Positions 39,571 through 53,990 of a DNA stretch of 64,000 bases are shown here, one piece after another. Numbering within the stretch: position 1 is the stretch's first letter; every line of letters starts with the position of its first letter. The notes beneath the pieces are model-generated. The model was not told where the DNA came from, searched no databases, and saw nothing but the letters and a program-made list of their open reading frames with translations. Both the position numbers and the translations under genes were made by a program. Source of the stretch: Negaprion brevirostris (Eukaryota); NCBI GenBank assembly GCA_030324005.1, contig JARDVH010000154.1, positions 26,731,841 to 26,795,840 of the forward strand, in the 5' to 3' direction.

Positions 39571-40424
39571 CTGTCTGCATTCAACCAAGCTTTGTGATTA
39601 CTCCATGTAGTGTAATGAACCTTCTATGAGGGGGAACCTGATTGTTCCTAGGTGCTAATGGCCTGTGATATATTTTCATGGATAAAGATGGATTTTTTAA
39701 TGTATGTACAAACATGGAAGTCATTATTTTAATCTGTGTTCTGTTGTTCATATGATTTGGCTGTTAAATATGTACATTATGATAAATAATGCTAGCATAA
39801 CATTTATCTATTGCTCTCTATTCAGAGGTAATAATTTAATACATATTGTGTTCACTTTTTAATTACCATTTTCAGCATGTTTACTTTAACAGGCTGTTTG
39901 AACTAGTAAGTGAATTAGTAAACTAGCTGGAAATTAAGCTGCTGGCAGTTGTGAAAGAAGGAATTTTTTTGGAAAGACAGTCAAAACGTTTACAGTGATT
40001 TTGATTGGAAATGACTGACAAATTGTACTGTTCTCTTAATGCACACACTGCTGTTTCAGTTGCTTTCAATGTTGAATAAATTTCGCAGCCCGTGTCAGTC
40101 AAGCTTTAGGGCATGTTCTTGTATTGACATCTGAATTTTTAAGAAAAGTGGCATTTTGACAAATCAATAGATTATCAAAGTGGGAAATGCATTATAATGA
40201 GTTTTCCCCTGCCCTTTTAACCTGTATTATGTTTACACACCCTGTCTACAATAGTTTTGTACAAAGTTAATGCACAAAAAAAAACATTTTCCAGTCAGCA
40301 TTGTTTTAATACTGGTGGTGGTGCGTTTATTTTCAATAATGCCAATTGGGAAAGAAAGGATTTCCTATCAATAACTTTGTCTTGGTGTAACACAATGATG
40401 TTCATGTTTCCTTTTGTACTCTAG

Positions 40425-40637
<213 letters not shown>

Positions 40638-41759
40638 TAGGCATGTTGCTAATCATACTTAAGCATTGATAAATTTGTTTTAATACCGTGTATCAAACTA
40701 TGCAATTGTTTTAACCTGTTGTATTTTTTTTCTGATTTTCCACCGTTTTTAAAAGAAATCAAAAGCACACCAGGGATTCTGAAAATCTGAGGTCAAAATG
40801 AAGATCTCTTTCTTGGAAGATTGGCATTTGAAAAATAAAGAGGCATTAATATTTTAGTTGGTCATAATGGGCTTTTGGGGTACAGAATGAGAGTGAGATG
40901 GAACCAAGAATTTATCTCTTAACAATGAAAATCGTGAAAATTACAAATACGTTGTGTGGGTTCAATGAACGAGATAGGTGACACATTCAGTATTTTTTAC
41001 CAAGAATACTGTTTATCGCAAGAATTCTGTGCAGTAATATTTAGAATAACACATTGTGTTAGTTAAAGAAAATGAAACCCGCGATGCTTTTAAGTGAAAC
41101 CATGTTCATAATTTTCCAGATCAGTTTCATGATCCACAGCCACTGTTTTTGATGGAATTGATTTGCATTTCCTCCTTTTTGTTTGGCATTCTGGTCACAA
41201 TGTTTTAATAGTGGAATTATTGATAATTGCCTCCAAATTAGCAGCAGTATTCTAATTTCCTTCTCAACCAAACAAGCAAATTTTATATATAAAAGAGGTG
41301 GAGATGAAAATGTAGCTAAAATGTGTAAGCATTATGATAAAAACCTGAACTGAAGTAGTTTTGGAGGCCAGGTTACTTCAGAAAGTGATTACACTCAGTA
41401 AATGGTGTAGATGAGAATATCAAATAAGACTGCACTTGCCAGCTTTATCCTAACACACCAGTGCTGTATTTTATTGCTACTAATGCAGATGGTGAAGTGG
41501 ACATTTAGTATGGGTTTGGCCACTTGCCATACATTTCCTCCTATCTGAATTACTCATTTGGATCCCAAAGCTTTGTCTTAATCTATATAATTTCTATAGA
41601 ATCTTCCTCTGAAATGTAAGTTCATGGGCTCTTTTAATTTATACAGCTGAATGTGAGCAGTTGCCATGTATAACACCCATTTATTGCTTTGAAATGGAAT
41701 GTGCCAGGCTGCTTTGCATCATATGCAAGTTTCAGGTTATGCAAGGGGTACCCAGTCAG

Positions 41760-42230
41760 CTAGTTGTTCTCCCACATTATTGTTGAGCTATTCCAATGTG
41801 TGATGCTGGAGGTTGAAGTTGCAGGTGTAATTTGTTGCATTACTGCAGACGATGGCAATTTTGGGCCACAGACTTTTGATATTTATGATAATCAGCTTGT
41901 CTACTTTGATGGAGATAGAGTAGGGGCATCTGATTTTAGTTCCTAAGATTTTTTGGTAAGGATTTCCCCAATGCGAGTGGCTTGGGCATGTGTCACGTAT
42001 TCTCGCAAAGTGTTTGTAACCAGGAATGTGGGCTCAACAGCTACCGTAGTCTGTGAATTGAGTTTCTTGCAGATATCTATGGCCGTCTTCCTGTCAGAGG
42101 GTTATTTTGTGAGTAACCTGCATTTTGTCCAGAATAGGCCTTTAACATTGAGCTGTTGCTGGTCCTGTTCCTCTGCTTCCTTACTCCTAAGAGAATCCAC
42201 TTGACAGTTGGCTGCTATAGCTTGAACCAG
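41760..42230 (-). mobile_element. Vingi/Ingi-like LINE endonuclease N-terminal fragment
   Basis: Minus-strand motifs QLNVKGL, YLQETQ, IPGYKHF, ISIKVDKLIIINI, NFN..HHTHW (frameshifted). Confidence 0.6.
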
Positions 42231-42349
42231 GAGTCGGGTGGCTGGGGTGAAGTTTGCAGTTTTCAAGTTGGAAAATTTAACTTTAACATGAGGACCAAGT
42301 GGAGACTGCCAAGACTATCAATTCAGTCTTCTGTGGCTACCAGTCTCCC

Positions 42350-42830
42350 GTGATTCAGCACCAAAATATCCTGACATCAGTCCTGACCATACATTGACCT
42401 ACCAGCAACACCACCAGAACACTGGAGCCAAGGTCAAGCTGAGGGTGCATTTCGTATGGAAACTCGGTCAGCAGAGCCAACGCACTGCTTCACTCGTTTT
42501 GGTCTAGCTAACAGCAGAGTACTTCTGCTTAACTTGACTTGAGCTGCCGTGTAAATGTGTTTGATATCCACCTCCAGGAGTCATGGAATTTATTTTAGGG
42601 ACATTGAGACAACACAACTTGAATGGTTTCCTGTGCTCCCACATGTTGAACTTCCACATATCTGCAGGGACAAAGTCCTCCTCAGATGCCACTGGTTGAC
42701 AGCTAATGAAGCACTCTTATTGGTACAGGACCTCAAAAGTACTCCCCAGCCACATAAACAAAACTGCTTTGGAAAGGTAGCCTGCATTTTGTTAACAGGT
42801 GTCACTCCATTTTCTATTGCTGGCTAGCTT
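42350..42830 (+). mobile_element. Vingi/Ingi-like LINE RT C-terminal fragment
   Basis: DHTLTYQQHHQNTGAKVKLR, RTASLVLV*LTAEY, TTQLEWFPVLPHVELPHICR (cf. recalled Vingi DRTLSYKQH..TAAKVK..LRTSALALVYSTAEY..STPLPWLPVLSNIAPPHLRR). Confidence 0.65.
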
Positions 42831-43713
42831 TTGGGAGACTGCTGTACAGAATTTTTACGTTGGCCTAAATAGAATGGCACTTGATAGCCAAACTCCATTA
42901 TAAAAGATGAAAAATGAATTTAAAATGTGCAGGCCTTCTAGGTTTCAATCTGTTTGAACCAACACCAAGAAGCTTGATGTTGGATCTGGCAACATATCTA
43001 CAGATCTCTCCCTAGGGATTGGCAGAAAAAAAACTATTTCCAAATATTTTATCTATAATCGCAAATTATAACTTTGGGTTCAAGGACGGGTACTGGAGGA
43101 GTGCCACAAGAATTGCCAAGAGTCTTCCCTTTTCCCTCCCCATTGTCTATTAAATAAGTGTGCATTGTGGATCAGGTGGATCTGTGCTATGCAATATTAT
43201 GCAAATCTGTTCTGACAGAGTGCTATCAGATGTATTTAGATTGAAGCTTCAGATCTATTGTGGCACCCAAATTCAGGCATTAAATGACGAAACCCACCAG
43301 GTCGATTTTGCAATATCTCTACTGCAGTCCTTATTTTTCATTGTTCCTGAATTTATGCTTAAAGCTATTGAAATTGTGACCCATATTTTTGCTTTTGAAA
43401 TCGTACATGTGGTTTAAGTACCAGGATGTACATATCGTACTTATGGTTTAAGTACTAAGATGCTTAAAAGTGGATGATTATAACAAAATTTAGATGTTCA
43501 AATATGGTAGAAACAAATAAATACAAGTTGGCAGTCTGAGTCTCCTTTGCCCAAAGTGCATGTGCATAAGCTAATTTAGATAAGTACTGTGTTTTATGCT
43601 TGTTACCTTCGTTGTAAATGTTTAAACCATTACATTTAGTGCAATCAGTCACTGCTAGTTAATTGGAGTCTGATTGAATTAGAATAGTTAAATTATTATT
43701 TTTTTACATTTAG

Positions 43714-43769
43714 CTCGCTCCCCAGTCTTCAGTGCTATGTTTGAGCATGAAATGGAAGAAAGCAAAAAG
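43714..43769 (+). CDS. SPOP: SPOP coding exon 6 (A-RSPVFSAMFEHEMEESKK)
   Basis: catttag|CT CGC...AAA AAG|gtacgt, 56 nt. Confidence 0.97.
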
Positions 43770-44425
43770 GTACGTGCATTTAAATTGTAAGCAGAAATAA
43801 TAGACACTGTACTTGGGCTGTGTTATTTAAGACACTTGCTAAGCCTCCATTTTCCTTAAATAAGATGTGTGTGAAAAGGCCAGATATCCCACTCATTTAA
43901 TGATTTCTCATATTGAGTGAGATATTGTCTCCAGGTTGCTCTAATGTAATCAATGACTGGGCATGCTTGAACTCTGAAAAAATCACTTGTGTTTAACTGG
44001 GTCTTTGACTTCAGCACAGCCTGTGTTGCGGACATAGACTTCCCTGACCATGGAAAAGTATGCTACGAGCTGTTATACTCTAATACACTGTATCATCATG
44101 TAATGTTGAAGCGTTTTGCCTGTGTGTCCTTTGTGGCTTCTATTAACCAAGATGCACAGAAAGTTTCAGATTTTATCCAGCAGAATTTTTCTAGTGTTGG
44201 GGTGATAAAGTGTAATTAGGAAAGATTATGGAGCCACAGGGCATTTCTGCACAGTATTCATCATGTAAAAGCTGTAACTGTGTAATTAGAAAATGAAGAG
44301 TTGAATTTCAATACCAAATTCTATTTTGTTCCTTTGTCATAAAAGAAAGATAGGCAGTAGCAATTTTCAGTCGCAATTTAATTTAAAAATCACTTTCTTC
44401 TCCCCCACCCCTCAATTTTCTACAG

Positions 44426-44548
44426 AATCGAGTGGAAATTAATGATGTGGAGCCTGAAGTCTTTAAGGAGATGATGTGCTTTATTTATACGGGGAAGGCA
44501 CCAAATCTTGACAAAATGGCAGATGACTTGCTTGCAGCTGCTGATAAG
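44426..44548 (+). CDS. SPOP: SPOP coding exon 7 ([41 protein letters not shown])
   Basis: ctacag|AAT...GAT AAG|gtgagt, 123 nt. Confidence 0.97.
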
Positions 44549-44689
44549 GTGAGTGGAAAGGTTAGAAAGAGACTATGTAGTTAACCAGTATTTAATTTGG
44601 CAAAAAATGAGTTTAAATTGGAATAAGAGCATTGAAACTATTTCATTTTTTGATATCTCTGCTTACCCCCAAAACAAAAGCAAGATTTC

Positions 44690-45175
44690 ATAGGAACATA
44701 GGAATTAGGAGCAAAAGTATGCAAATTGAGCCCTTTGAACCTGCTCGGCTTTCAATCAGATCATGGCTGATTGTTCCCTGATCTCAAATCCACCTCCCCA
44801 CCTATTCCCCATATCCCCTTTTTTATTCAAAATATACCTATGTCCTCCTTGAAACCATTTAATGATTCAAACTCCACCGCACTATGGGGCAGCGAGTTCC
44901 ACGAATTCATCAATCTTTTTGAGAAGTAGTTTCTCCTTATCTCAGTTTTAAATTTACCACTTCTCAATCTATAGCTCTGACTTCTTGTTTGAGTTTGCCC
45001 CATAAGAGGAAACATTAGGTCTACGTTTACTTTATCGAACCTTTTAAAATTTTATATACCTCAGAGATCCCCTCATCCTTTTAAACTCCAGTAAGTATCA
45101 GCCCAGAATGTTTAATCTCCTGGTATGTCAAAACCCTTTTATCCCCAGAATCAATCTAGTGAACCTTCTCTGATT
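44690..45175 (-). mobile_element. CR1 LINE 3' fragment
   Basis: ORF 44827..45015 MFPLMGQTQTRSQSYRLRSGKFKTEIRRNYFSKRLMNSWNSLP; tail cataggaacataggaattaggagc. Confidence 0.85.
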
Positions 45176-46059
45176 CGGGCTTTATCATCGGAAATTGATT
45201 TTGAGTTGTAAAGCAGGTTATCAGATGAGTAATCCTGTTTTTTTATTACATGTTGTTGGAGTTCTTAACATTTTTTTAGTCCTAGGAAAATCTGAGTTTT
45301 GGTTTAACATATTGCCATGCACAGCAACGTCTGAAGTAATCCAGATTTCATAAGATTATTTTTACATGGTATCCTTGTTGTGATGGTAGTTAAATGATTT
45401 GTCCATAGACACGTCCAAGACTTGTATCCTACTGTCATAATCTAGTTGCCTTTACATCAACGAATGAGATGCTTTAGTATTTGATAAACTATTGATATGC
45501 TGCATCACAGGCAGTCTGTATCATCTGTTAAAACATGAACTTGCTCCTGATGCTTTCAGTTTACTTTCACAGAAAAATGCAACTCCTGTAAGCAGCGTGT
45601 TCCCCACCATCCCCCAAACCAATCCCAGGAACTTAAACTTGTGTCCCATTAGGTATAGAATGTATTCAAGCCAAACCTGATAGTTTACATTTATTTGCAA
45701 GCAAAATAATTACATGCAGGTAGAACGTGGCATATAGAAACCAGTAACACAATACTTGCTTCACAGATGAACTGTTCCACATCAACAAAATTCAGAAATC
45801 TTAGCAGTGCTCCTGACTAATTTTCTTGATTAAATGATACATGGGTGATGACTTCAAAAAACCCTTCTTAGCCACCTCATGCAGAATAAGCAGTGTGAAA
45901 CAAGAATTTGAGATCTTAAGCACTGCTGCCTCATTTAATGTTAGATCTTTTAAATAAAACCACTTCAAATGCAAGCAATTAAGGTATTAACTGTTTCTTA
46001 CAATTAGATAAGTGGGTGAACAACAGTGTTTTCAGCCTTTGTGCTTATCACACTTACAG

Positions 46060-46770
46060 ACATACAAATTAGGAACAGGAATAGGCTATTCAATCCCTCA
46101 AGATCATGGCTAATCTGATAATTCCAATTCCCCCGTTCCTGCCTGCCGCCTTGTTAATCAAGAATCTATCTAACCCTGATTTAAGAATATTCAAAGACTC
46201 TGCTTTCACTGTCTTTTGAAGAAAAGTCCAGAAACTCGAGACTCAAAAAAAAAATTCTCAGCTCTGTTTTAAAAATAATTCTCTAACAAGAGGAAANNNN
46301 NNNNNNNNNNNNNNNNNNNNNNNNCCACTCAGATCCCTACAGGTTTCTGTCAGGTTGTCTGTTGCTCATCTAAACTCGAGGATGCAAACCTAAGCTCTCC
46401 TCCCTTTCCTTGTAAGACAACCTGTCCGTTCTTGACATTAATCTAGTAAGCCTCCTTTGAACTGCTTCCAACGCATTTCCATCCTTCCTTAAATAAGGAG
46501 ACCAATACTTCAGATATGGTGTTACCAATGCCCTGTACACCTGAATGAAGCATAACCTCCCTATACTTGGAATCAATTCTTGCAGTAAATTATATTCTAT
46601 TAGCATTCCTAATTACTTGCTGTACCTGTATGCAAACCTTTTGTGATTCATGCACTAGGGCGTCCAGATCCCACTCTGCCTTAATCTCTCACCATTTGGA
46701 TAGTAAGCTTTATTATTCTTCCCATCAAAACGGACAATTTTGCATTTGTCCACTCACTTAACCTGTCAAA
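46060..46770 (-). mobile_element. CR1 LINE 3' fragment
   Basis: YRALVTPYLKYWSPYLRKDGNALEAVQRRLTR. Confidence 0.85.
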
Positions 46771-47254
46771 AACTATTTCTAAAAATGACTTGTTTAGTTT
46801 TCCTTTGACTTTCAGCACTTTTAATCAATGGCTAACTTGAGGCTTTAGCTGTTAGAAGACACTGAATTTGTTTTCTTCTCAATCTTCAAACTCTCTTCAA
46901 AGCTTCCAGGCAATGGTACCTCTGATACAAACTGCACGCTTTGTTACCTTATGGTGCAAAAACAATAGAACTATTTAATGCACGTGGTACCTTTTGTTTG
47001 GTCACATTAAACTACAATACAAAAATTATTCCTGCTTAATGCATTATGCAATTCTGATTCCTTGATGCTTTGATCAACTGATATTGATTATTTATATTTT
47101 AACTTAGAATATTTGAGCAGTAGAAGTTAGTGCTTCAGTGTTGCTGATCATAGACCTGAAGCTTATAGAAATTATCTTCCTTTGACCGATGGCAGGCTTA
47201 AGCAATGAGAAACTTGATGGAATTTTGCACAATCGGCCACTACTGCCATCCCCT

Positions 47255-47700
47255 GTTAACTAAGGATTCAGTTATGAGGAGAAATTGCACAAATCAGGGT
47301 TACATTTTTTGGAATTTGGTAAGTTAAGAGGTGCTAAGAAGCCAAAGTTCAAGATATTAAGGGAGAAAGAGTTGATTGAGGAAAACTATTTCTCCTCTAT
47401 TTGTGGAGTTTAGAACCAGGGAGAATGTCTAACCTGAAGCCAGATCTTTCAGGAGTGAAGTTAGCGAAACTCCTCTTCATGGGAAGGATGGTAGAGGTTT
47501 GGAACACTCCGCAAATGGCAATTGATGCTAGGTCAATTGTTAATTGTAAAATTGAGATTGATAATCTTGTCAGTTGATGGTATTAAGCAGTATGGAACAA
47601 AGATGGGTGTGTGGATTTAGGTTGCAGACCATCCTTGATTTAATTGAATGGCAAAATAGATTCAAGAGGTTGAATGATGTACTCCTGCTTGTGATGTAGC
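47255..47700 (+). mobile_element. Old CR1 LINE 3' fragment
   Basis: agttatgaggagaaattgcacaaatcaggg...gaatggcaaaatagattcaagaggttgaatgatgtactcctg. Confidence 0.65.
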
Positions 47701-49638
47701 ACCAGCTTCGGTTGTAAAACTGGTTTTGATAGTATTGTATTACGTCCCCATTTTCAGTTGCCTCGTACAGCATTGTTCTGCTTTAGCATTGTGGATATAA
47801 TGTGACTGCTATGCACACTTAGCGCTGGTACCTCTGTTAGTGTCTTTTGGATGATCTGGTTGGAGCCGCTTTTCATTTAAGTGCTAGTTGAGCCTCTTCC
47901 CATCTTTTCGCTTCCTTATTTGACTCATTAGAAAAATATTGATGGTCTAGCAAAATTTAGTATCTCGTTAGTATAAACTTTTCTCACTTGCTGAATAGTG
48001 TGTCACTTAAGAGCAAGGAATGTTTGTAAAATTTCTCTCTAGTGCATCAGCCACACTGCAACTTGTCTTTTCTGCAATTTAGGGATGGAAGCTTCTGTGC
48101 TTCACATCCCTTTTGCCATAAATCACATTAGCTCATTCTGTGGATAGGTAGCTGCTGTGGAATCAACTCATAAAAGTGACTCAGTTGGTAGCTTGGGACT
48201 GAGATGTGAGAAGCCGATCTGTAAACATATTGAACTGTGTTTTGCAGTGTATAGTGTGATCACATTTTATCTTTGTAGAGTTGTCTGTTCATAACAAAAA
48301 ATGGTTTGAATTTATTGTATGGGTCAAATCTGTCAGGTAGTAAAGCGTGAGGTTGTTTTGTAGTTACAATTTGATGCTTAACTATTGACAAAGAGCACCA
48401 CACAAGTAAATCAACAACAAATATTTTGTAATATGATTTGAATGTCAAACCCAGTTTTTATAAACTTCTGAATTATTAACCCATTTGAGATTGTTATATT
48501 TTCAAAACTAACTTAGTGCCACATGGTCAGATCAGTTTATAAAAATGTGATCTGAATTCACATATTCTCTCTATTGACTATGGTTTTGGAAGTCCATGCA
48601 ATTTATTTTCAGGTTGAATACAGTACTCATACAAGTGGCTAAATGAAAATGTTATTGGAAATTGCATTTCAATTTGAACCAGGTCAGGGCAAAGATTCCA
48701 GCATTCAGACTGAGGTAGTATGCATGCATCTTAGAATTTCAGAAACTGTGTTTTGAATGAGTATATATTTTTGACCTGAGTAAGAAATGGGTATGGTCAG
48801 GGCCGGTGCAACCAGCAGACAAATTGCATAGAGAGTCAAGATTTGGAAATGGAAGGTTAAGGCCTACAGATATACCACCAAAGAACCCTGATATGCAGAC
48901 ATGTTTCCATTAGGCTTTCCCAAAATTTAATGTTATAGTCCTCATGCTGTTTATGTGACAGTTTTATAAATTTGTACAGTGACCTGACAATTCCAAAACA
49001 GTGAACCAGTGAATAATATCAAAACATAATTTAATCTAACCCACTGTATCGTAATGATTATTGATTGTGTGAATTGGGCATAAAGTCACGCAGTAACTGT
49101 TGCAGGATCACAATATTTATGAACCATATTAAATATTATGGCCGTGATTCTCCAAAAAAATTCTTAAGTCTCTAATTCAGTCCTGCTGGTCTCCTGAACC
49201 TCTCTGGGCCAAACCTTATGCCCTGATCTGTCTGATCTGGATGGCCAGCCCCAATCACCACCCTCCCTCTCTTCAACGCTTAAGACATTGCCAGTTTGCC
49301 ACTTGGGTGATGCCAGGCTGGTACTGCCCAAGTGGAACCCCCAACCCCTGGTTGGAAAACATGTGGAGGCAGTTTCCCCTCCCAGCACCTTTTCCCCCCG
49401 TGTTCATTTCTTCTGGTGCATAGGTACATATCCTATGAAAGGTGCAGAACCTTTATTCATACTAGTGCACAATATTCATTTTCAAAAGCTGATTGTGGGA
49501 TGGGAAGGTTTGCCTAATACTTTTGCACCGGCCCTGGAAATGTTTGGACGTACTGTGATCCAATTGAATTTATTTTACAAAAAAGGCAAGATGTTTATAA
49601 CCAGTTCCAATGGTAGTCACTGAACTGTGGTAATTTAA

Positions 49639-49832
<194 letters not shown>

Positions 49833-52800
49833 GTGAGTACCAAAATTCAGTGCTGTAACAAACTGAAAACTTTTTATAATTATGCTTACAGGCTGACTGT
49901 CACAAGGTCAGTACCTTTAATCTCTAACTCAGTTTGAGCTTGGGCAGCTCCTCTCAAGTCTTGGATGAAATCAATCCTGGATGCTCCAAGCAGCTGACTG
50001 CCCACAGTTTGTGCTGTGTGTGAGTTAAAATCTCAACTCTGCAGCTGGTGGTAATTTGCTGAGGTCAAGGCTAAGCAAGCTTTACTTGACATTTAAGGAT
50101 CCTTGATGTTAACACTGAATTCCCAAAATGGAAAATTTTTGCTTTCCATTGTCAGCCCTACTTTCACAAGCTCAAAAAACACACGTTGCAACTCTGGCAG
50201 TATCCCATTACAAGTGGTTTTGTACATTTACCTGTTTATGATACTGCTATTAACTTTTTTTCTGCTTTGTAGCTTCATCTTTTTGTTTTCCTTACTTCAA
50301 AGTTTGGACTAAAAATTACCTGGTAGCGCCACACTAGTTTTAACTTCAAATCTTCTGAAGCTTCAAATTTGTACCCTCTGAATCAAAACTTTTTTCCTCC
50401 AAAATCTTGGATTTAAAGTGGAGGGTTGCATCCCTCTACATTCCAATTATTGGGTGGTATTTTTGACTGGGCTGATTTGCAGGTGCCTAATAGTAACGTG
50501 AAAAACAGAAGTATCTAAAATATAACAACAAATTTCCAGATTAGGACAGATATCAGGTGGTTAAAAATATTTTAAGGCAATATTTGACAGTCAAGTGGAG
50601 TTACGCATATCTGTATAACAAAATGGAAATTATAAATAGTGATATGGCTTCAATTTGTGTTTAACTATTTACTTTACCCACTTTTCTTATAAGTAGCTAG
50701 TTGTAAAGCTGTAAACATATGGGCAGCAATTTGATCACAAAAATTAATGCTATGTAAATGAAATTATTAATTTGTAGTAAATACTGCTTGAAATTTTTTC
50801 ATGTGTTGCTAATAGTTACATGTTTTACATAAAATCTGTTAAATGGTTGCAGGAAGCAAATAACGAATATACTATATTGCTTGAAGAGATGCAGTTTAGA
50901 TTCAATATCAAATGCCATAGCACTTGTTGATGTTTTTGCATGGTTAGTTTTATTAAATGGTTGTAATTTGAACATTGGACAGAGAGCAGTAGTGGCCGAG
51001 TCATTGAATGTATTCAAGGCTGAGTTAAATTTTTGTTCTATAAGGGAATTGACGAGGAATGGACCAATGAGCCTATACCTGCTCCCGTGTCAAATGATCT
51101 TGCAGTAATTCCACTGAGATTTCAGTTCTGGTTACCATCCTGTTAACACATTTAAACCCTCCAATAAGTAAGAAATAAAACTAGTAAACTCTGGAAGCAT
51201 TTTTTTAAAGCAGTGCTTTTGGAGATAGAGCTAAGACCTCTTGTAGCATATATATGTTGCCTGGGGTGATGCATGGTGAAAATACTGCACTGAGAGAACA
51301 AAAGACACACTTCACAGCACAATGGCGTCCTTACTGATAAGCTGATAATGGCTTCAAGGATCAAGGCCTTTCCTTTAAGGAGAGATGCAGAATGAATAAA
51401 TGGACTATTTTTATCCTCTGTACCATAGGAGATGGGAGTTAAATAGCTATTTTTTTGGGACGAATTCCAGTCACATGCTAGGTTTGATAGCAGTGAAAAA
51501 CAGTACAATCTTAGCATGCAATAAGTCAGAATGCCAAACCTCAGTAAAACAGACTTCAGTAACCTAAATAGCTAACATACTTGGGACAGGTTGGAGTGCT
51601 GTGCCACTGTTTCTATACAGTTGAATCACAGTTTATTAGAATAAAATTGAGAGCAAGATTTGAATTGTATCAATATTTTCCATGAAAAAACAGAAAATAT
51701 GAACTTCTTGGTGTATGTTTTAGTGCTGAAGGTAACCTATATCTTGGTATGGTTTGCAGTAGTATTCTACTGTGCATTGAAGGATCTTTTAGTAGTAAAT
51801 TTAGCATTTAGGTGAAGAATTTGTACTTCCTATAACTCTCTTGGCTTGCTTGGTGACAATCCAGTACATTAGAATTTTATGTTTGGATCAAACAAATAAA
51901 GGCATTAGTTATCTGTTTATTTGAAATAGACATTAAGAATCTGCTATGCATATTTTGCTTGATCCCAAATATTTTCTTTAAACAGAAATCTGTATTAGAT
52001 GCATTAGGATGTTAGGAGCTAAGTCTAGTGATCTTATGAAAAATATGCACTTTTTGTTGCTTATCCTATTTCTACTTCTAATTTAAATATATTTTGTATT
52101 CACTTGTGTGGTACTGACCCCTGAGTTTTGCTGACTGTTTTAACAGGATTCTTGTTATAAAACAACATAACTATCAGCAATGATCAGATGACATTTCATG
52201 TGAAAAATCTCACATGAAATACTATAAAAGAATCAATGCCTTCATGTTTCTTTTTACAATACTAAAAGATGCCACAATGCAAGTTTAGGGGTTTGCAATT
52301 AAGTTTTTAAAAGTAATGTTTTGATCCTCACATTGTGTGATCTGTATCACAGTTCCTACAGGCTTGTTGATTAGATCCCAGCATATTTGGGGTGGTAAAG
52401 AGCGTACAAGTCTAGCACGATCAAAGGCTGACATTTAATGCAATCTGCCAGGTGTCAAAGGCAAATGAGGGTGAGATTGTATCAAATTAAAAACACAAAA
52501 ATACAAGCAATCTGAATTCGAAAAATGACTAGTTTAGATAAACTTGCTTAAAATGATGTGAATGCAAACCTGTTTTCACATTATACTTATATAATTAAAA
52601 TTGAGCCAAGAATGGGGNNNNNNNNNNNNNNNNNNNNNNNNNNNNNNNNNNNNNNNNNNNNNNNNNNNNNNNNNNNNNNNNNNATCTCAGCTAGTTACCG
52701 CATTCTGCTCGTCTGTTAGGTTGGCAGAAAATACAATCCAAAACTTGAGTTTGCTTTGCTTTACGTGATTGAAGGGACCGTGTTCTCAATTTCAATGTTA

Positions 52801-53554
52801 AGCAAATGTGCCTTCTGGTTTTGGTGTCCTGAGTAAAAGATTGGTCTGTCTGGTTAGAAAGCAACTATTGTCTGTCATTTGTTCATCATTCTCTGCATCA
52901 AGCCTAATAGGGCTTTTTAAAAAATCAATTTGAGTTATGAATTCTAGTATTGCATAGTTAAAAGTTGCCATTTTGGTATTAATGAGGAATTCTTGGAGAA
53001 TTAATTAAAATATATGAATTCTATTTTAAAGTAAAACCATACTGTGAAAATCTAGCCTTAGAACACAAACTGTGAAATTCTGGTATTGGGGGTTCTTTAT
53101 GCAAATATATTTCTGTAAGCAAGCAAGTAGATGCTTGCTTTGCTGGAGATTTGATCTTGTAATGGCATTTAATGTGGAGTGACAGCTGTGCTTAGAGAGC
53201 ATAAAATATAACCATTAGTTAGATTTTCTTGTAAATCTTTTCTAAAGGAAACTTGACATTTAAGTTAATGGAGAGGGATAATTAGAACAAGATGTTCTTA
53301 TTTTATAAGGGCATTATAAAATATAAGGTGGCAGAGCTGCAAGATCACATTATTTCCAGCTCTTTAACATGATTAGCATAGAAAATGAAAATNNNNNNNN
53401 NNCTGTTCATTTGTCAGCCAACTGAGGAACAGCGTGTTTGAGGACTGGATCGCAAACCCTGAGACTAAGGTCATGGTTTACTGGGTAGTAGTGAGGGACC
53501 CATGTGCTGTTACATGAATCAAAAAAATTGAACAACCTACATCAAGCACTTGGG

Positions 53555-53990
53555 AAATGCCGCCAGTGCTGCCTTTGCAAGATCCTTCAAATCCATTGGT
53601 AAGAAAGACCACAGCATCCTCTCCAAGCCAATATGCCTAGCCTTAAGCTGCTATTTGCTCAGTAGCAGCTTTGCTGACACCAGACTCCATTGCAACTGCT
53701 CTGCTGTGATCCCAGGTCGTGGCTGGAGACTGTTAGCACGGGGAATCATTTCCAGCAACTTGTGTGAATCTCTGGCCTGTGACACATCAAATGGTGAACG
53801 AGCGTGCAGAGGTGAAGGAGTCAGGGACAGTAAACCACTCATCTGCTTGACACTTCAAGCTTCACCTGGCCTTCATGTGATCAAGTCTGAAGATCATGTA
53901 TTTGACTAATCAGCCATTTCCGAGCCACTGAAACTTGAGTGGGAGCGGGTAATCCTCAAACCAAAGGCACTGACAAAGAGGGCTTTTAAA
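53555..53990 (+). mobile_element. RTE-clade LINE RT C-terminal / 3' remnant
   Basis: CLCKILQIHW*ERPQHPLQANMPSL resembles RTE CLRKILQIHWQDR..N.SVL.QAN.PSI. Confidence 0.55.

Noticed and set aside
43400-43465. ~34-bp imperfect tandem duplication (similar ~20-bp repeat at 31025-31090)
   Set aside because: Two-unit slippage duplications with no array structure or evident function.
52110-52220. Acceptor-like tactgac...ttttaacag (52146) and an 11-bp perfect hairpin (52193-52220)
   Set aside because: No convincing donor; short AT-rich hairpins are expected by chance.
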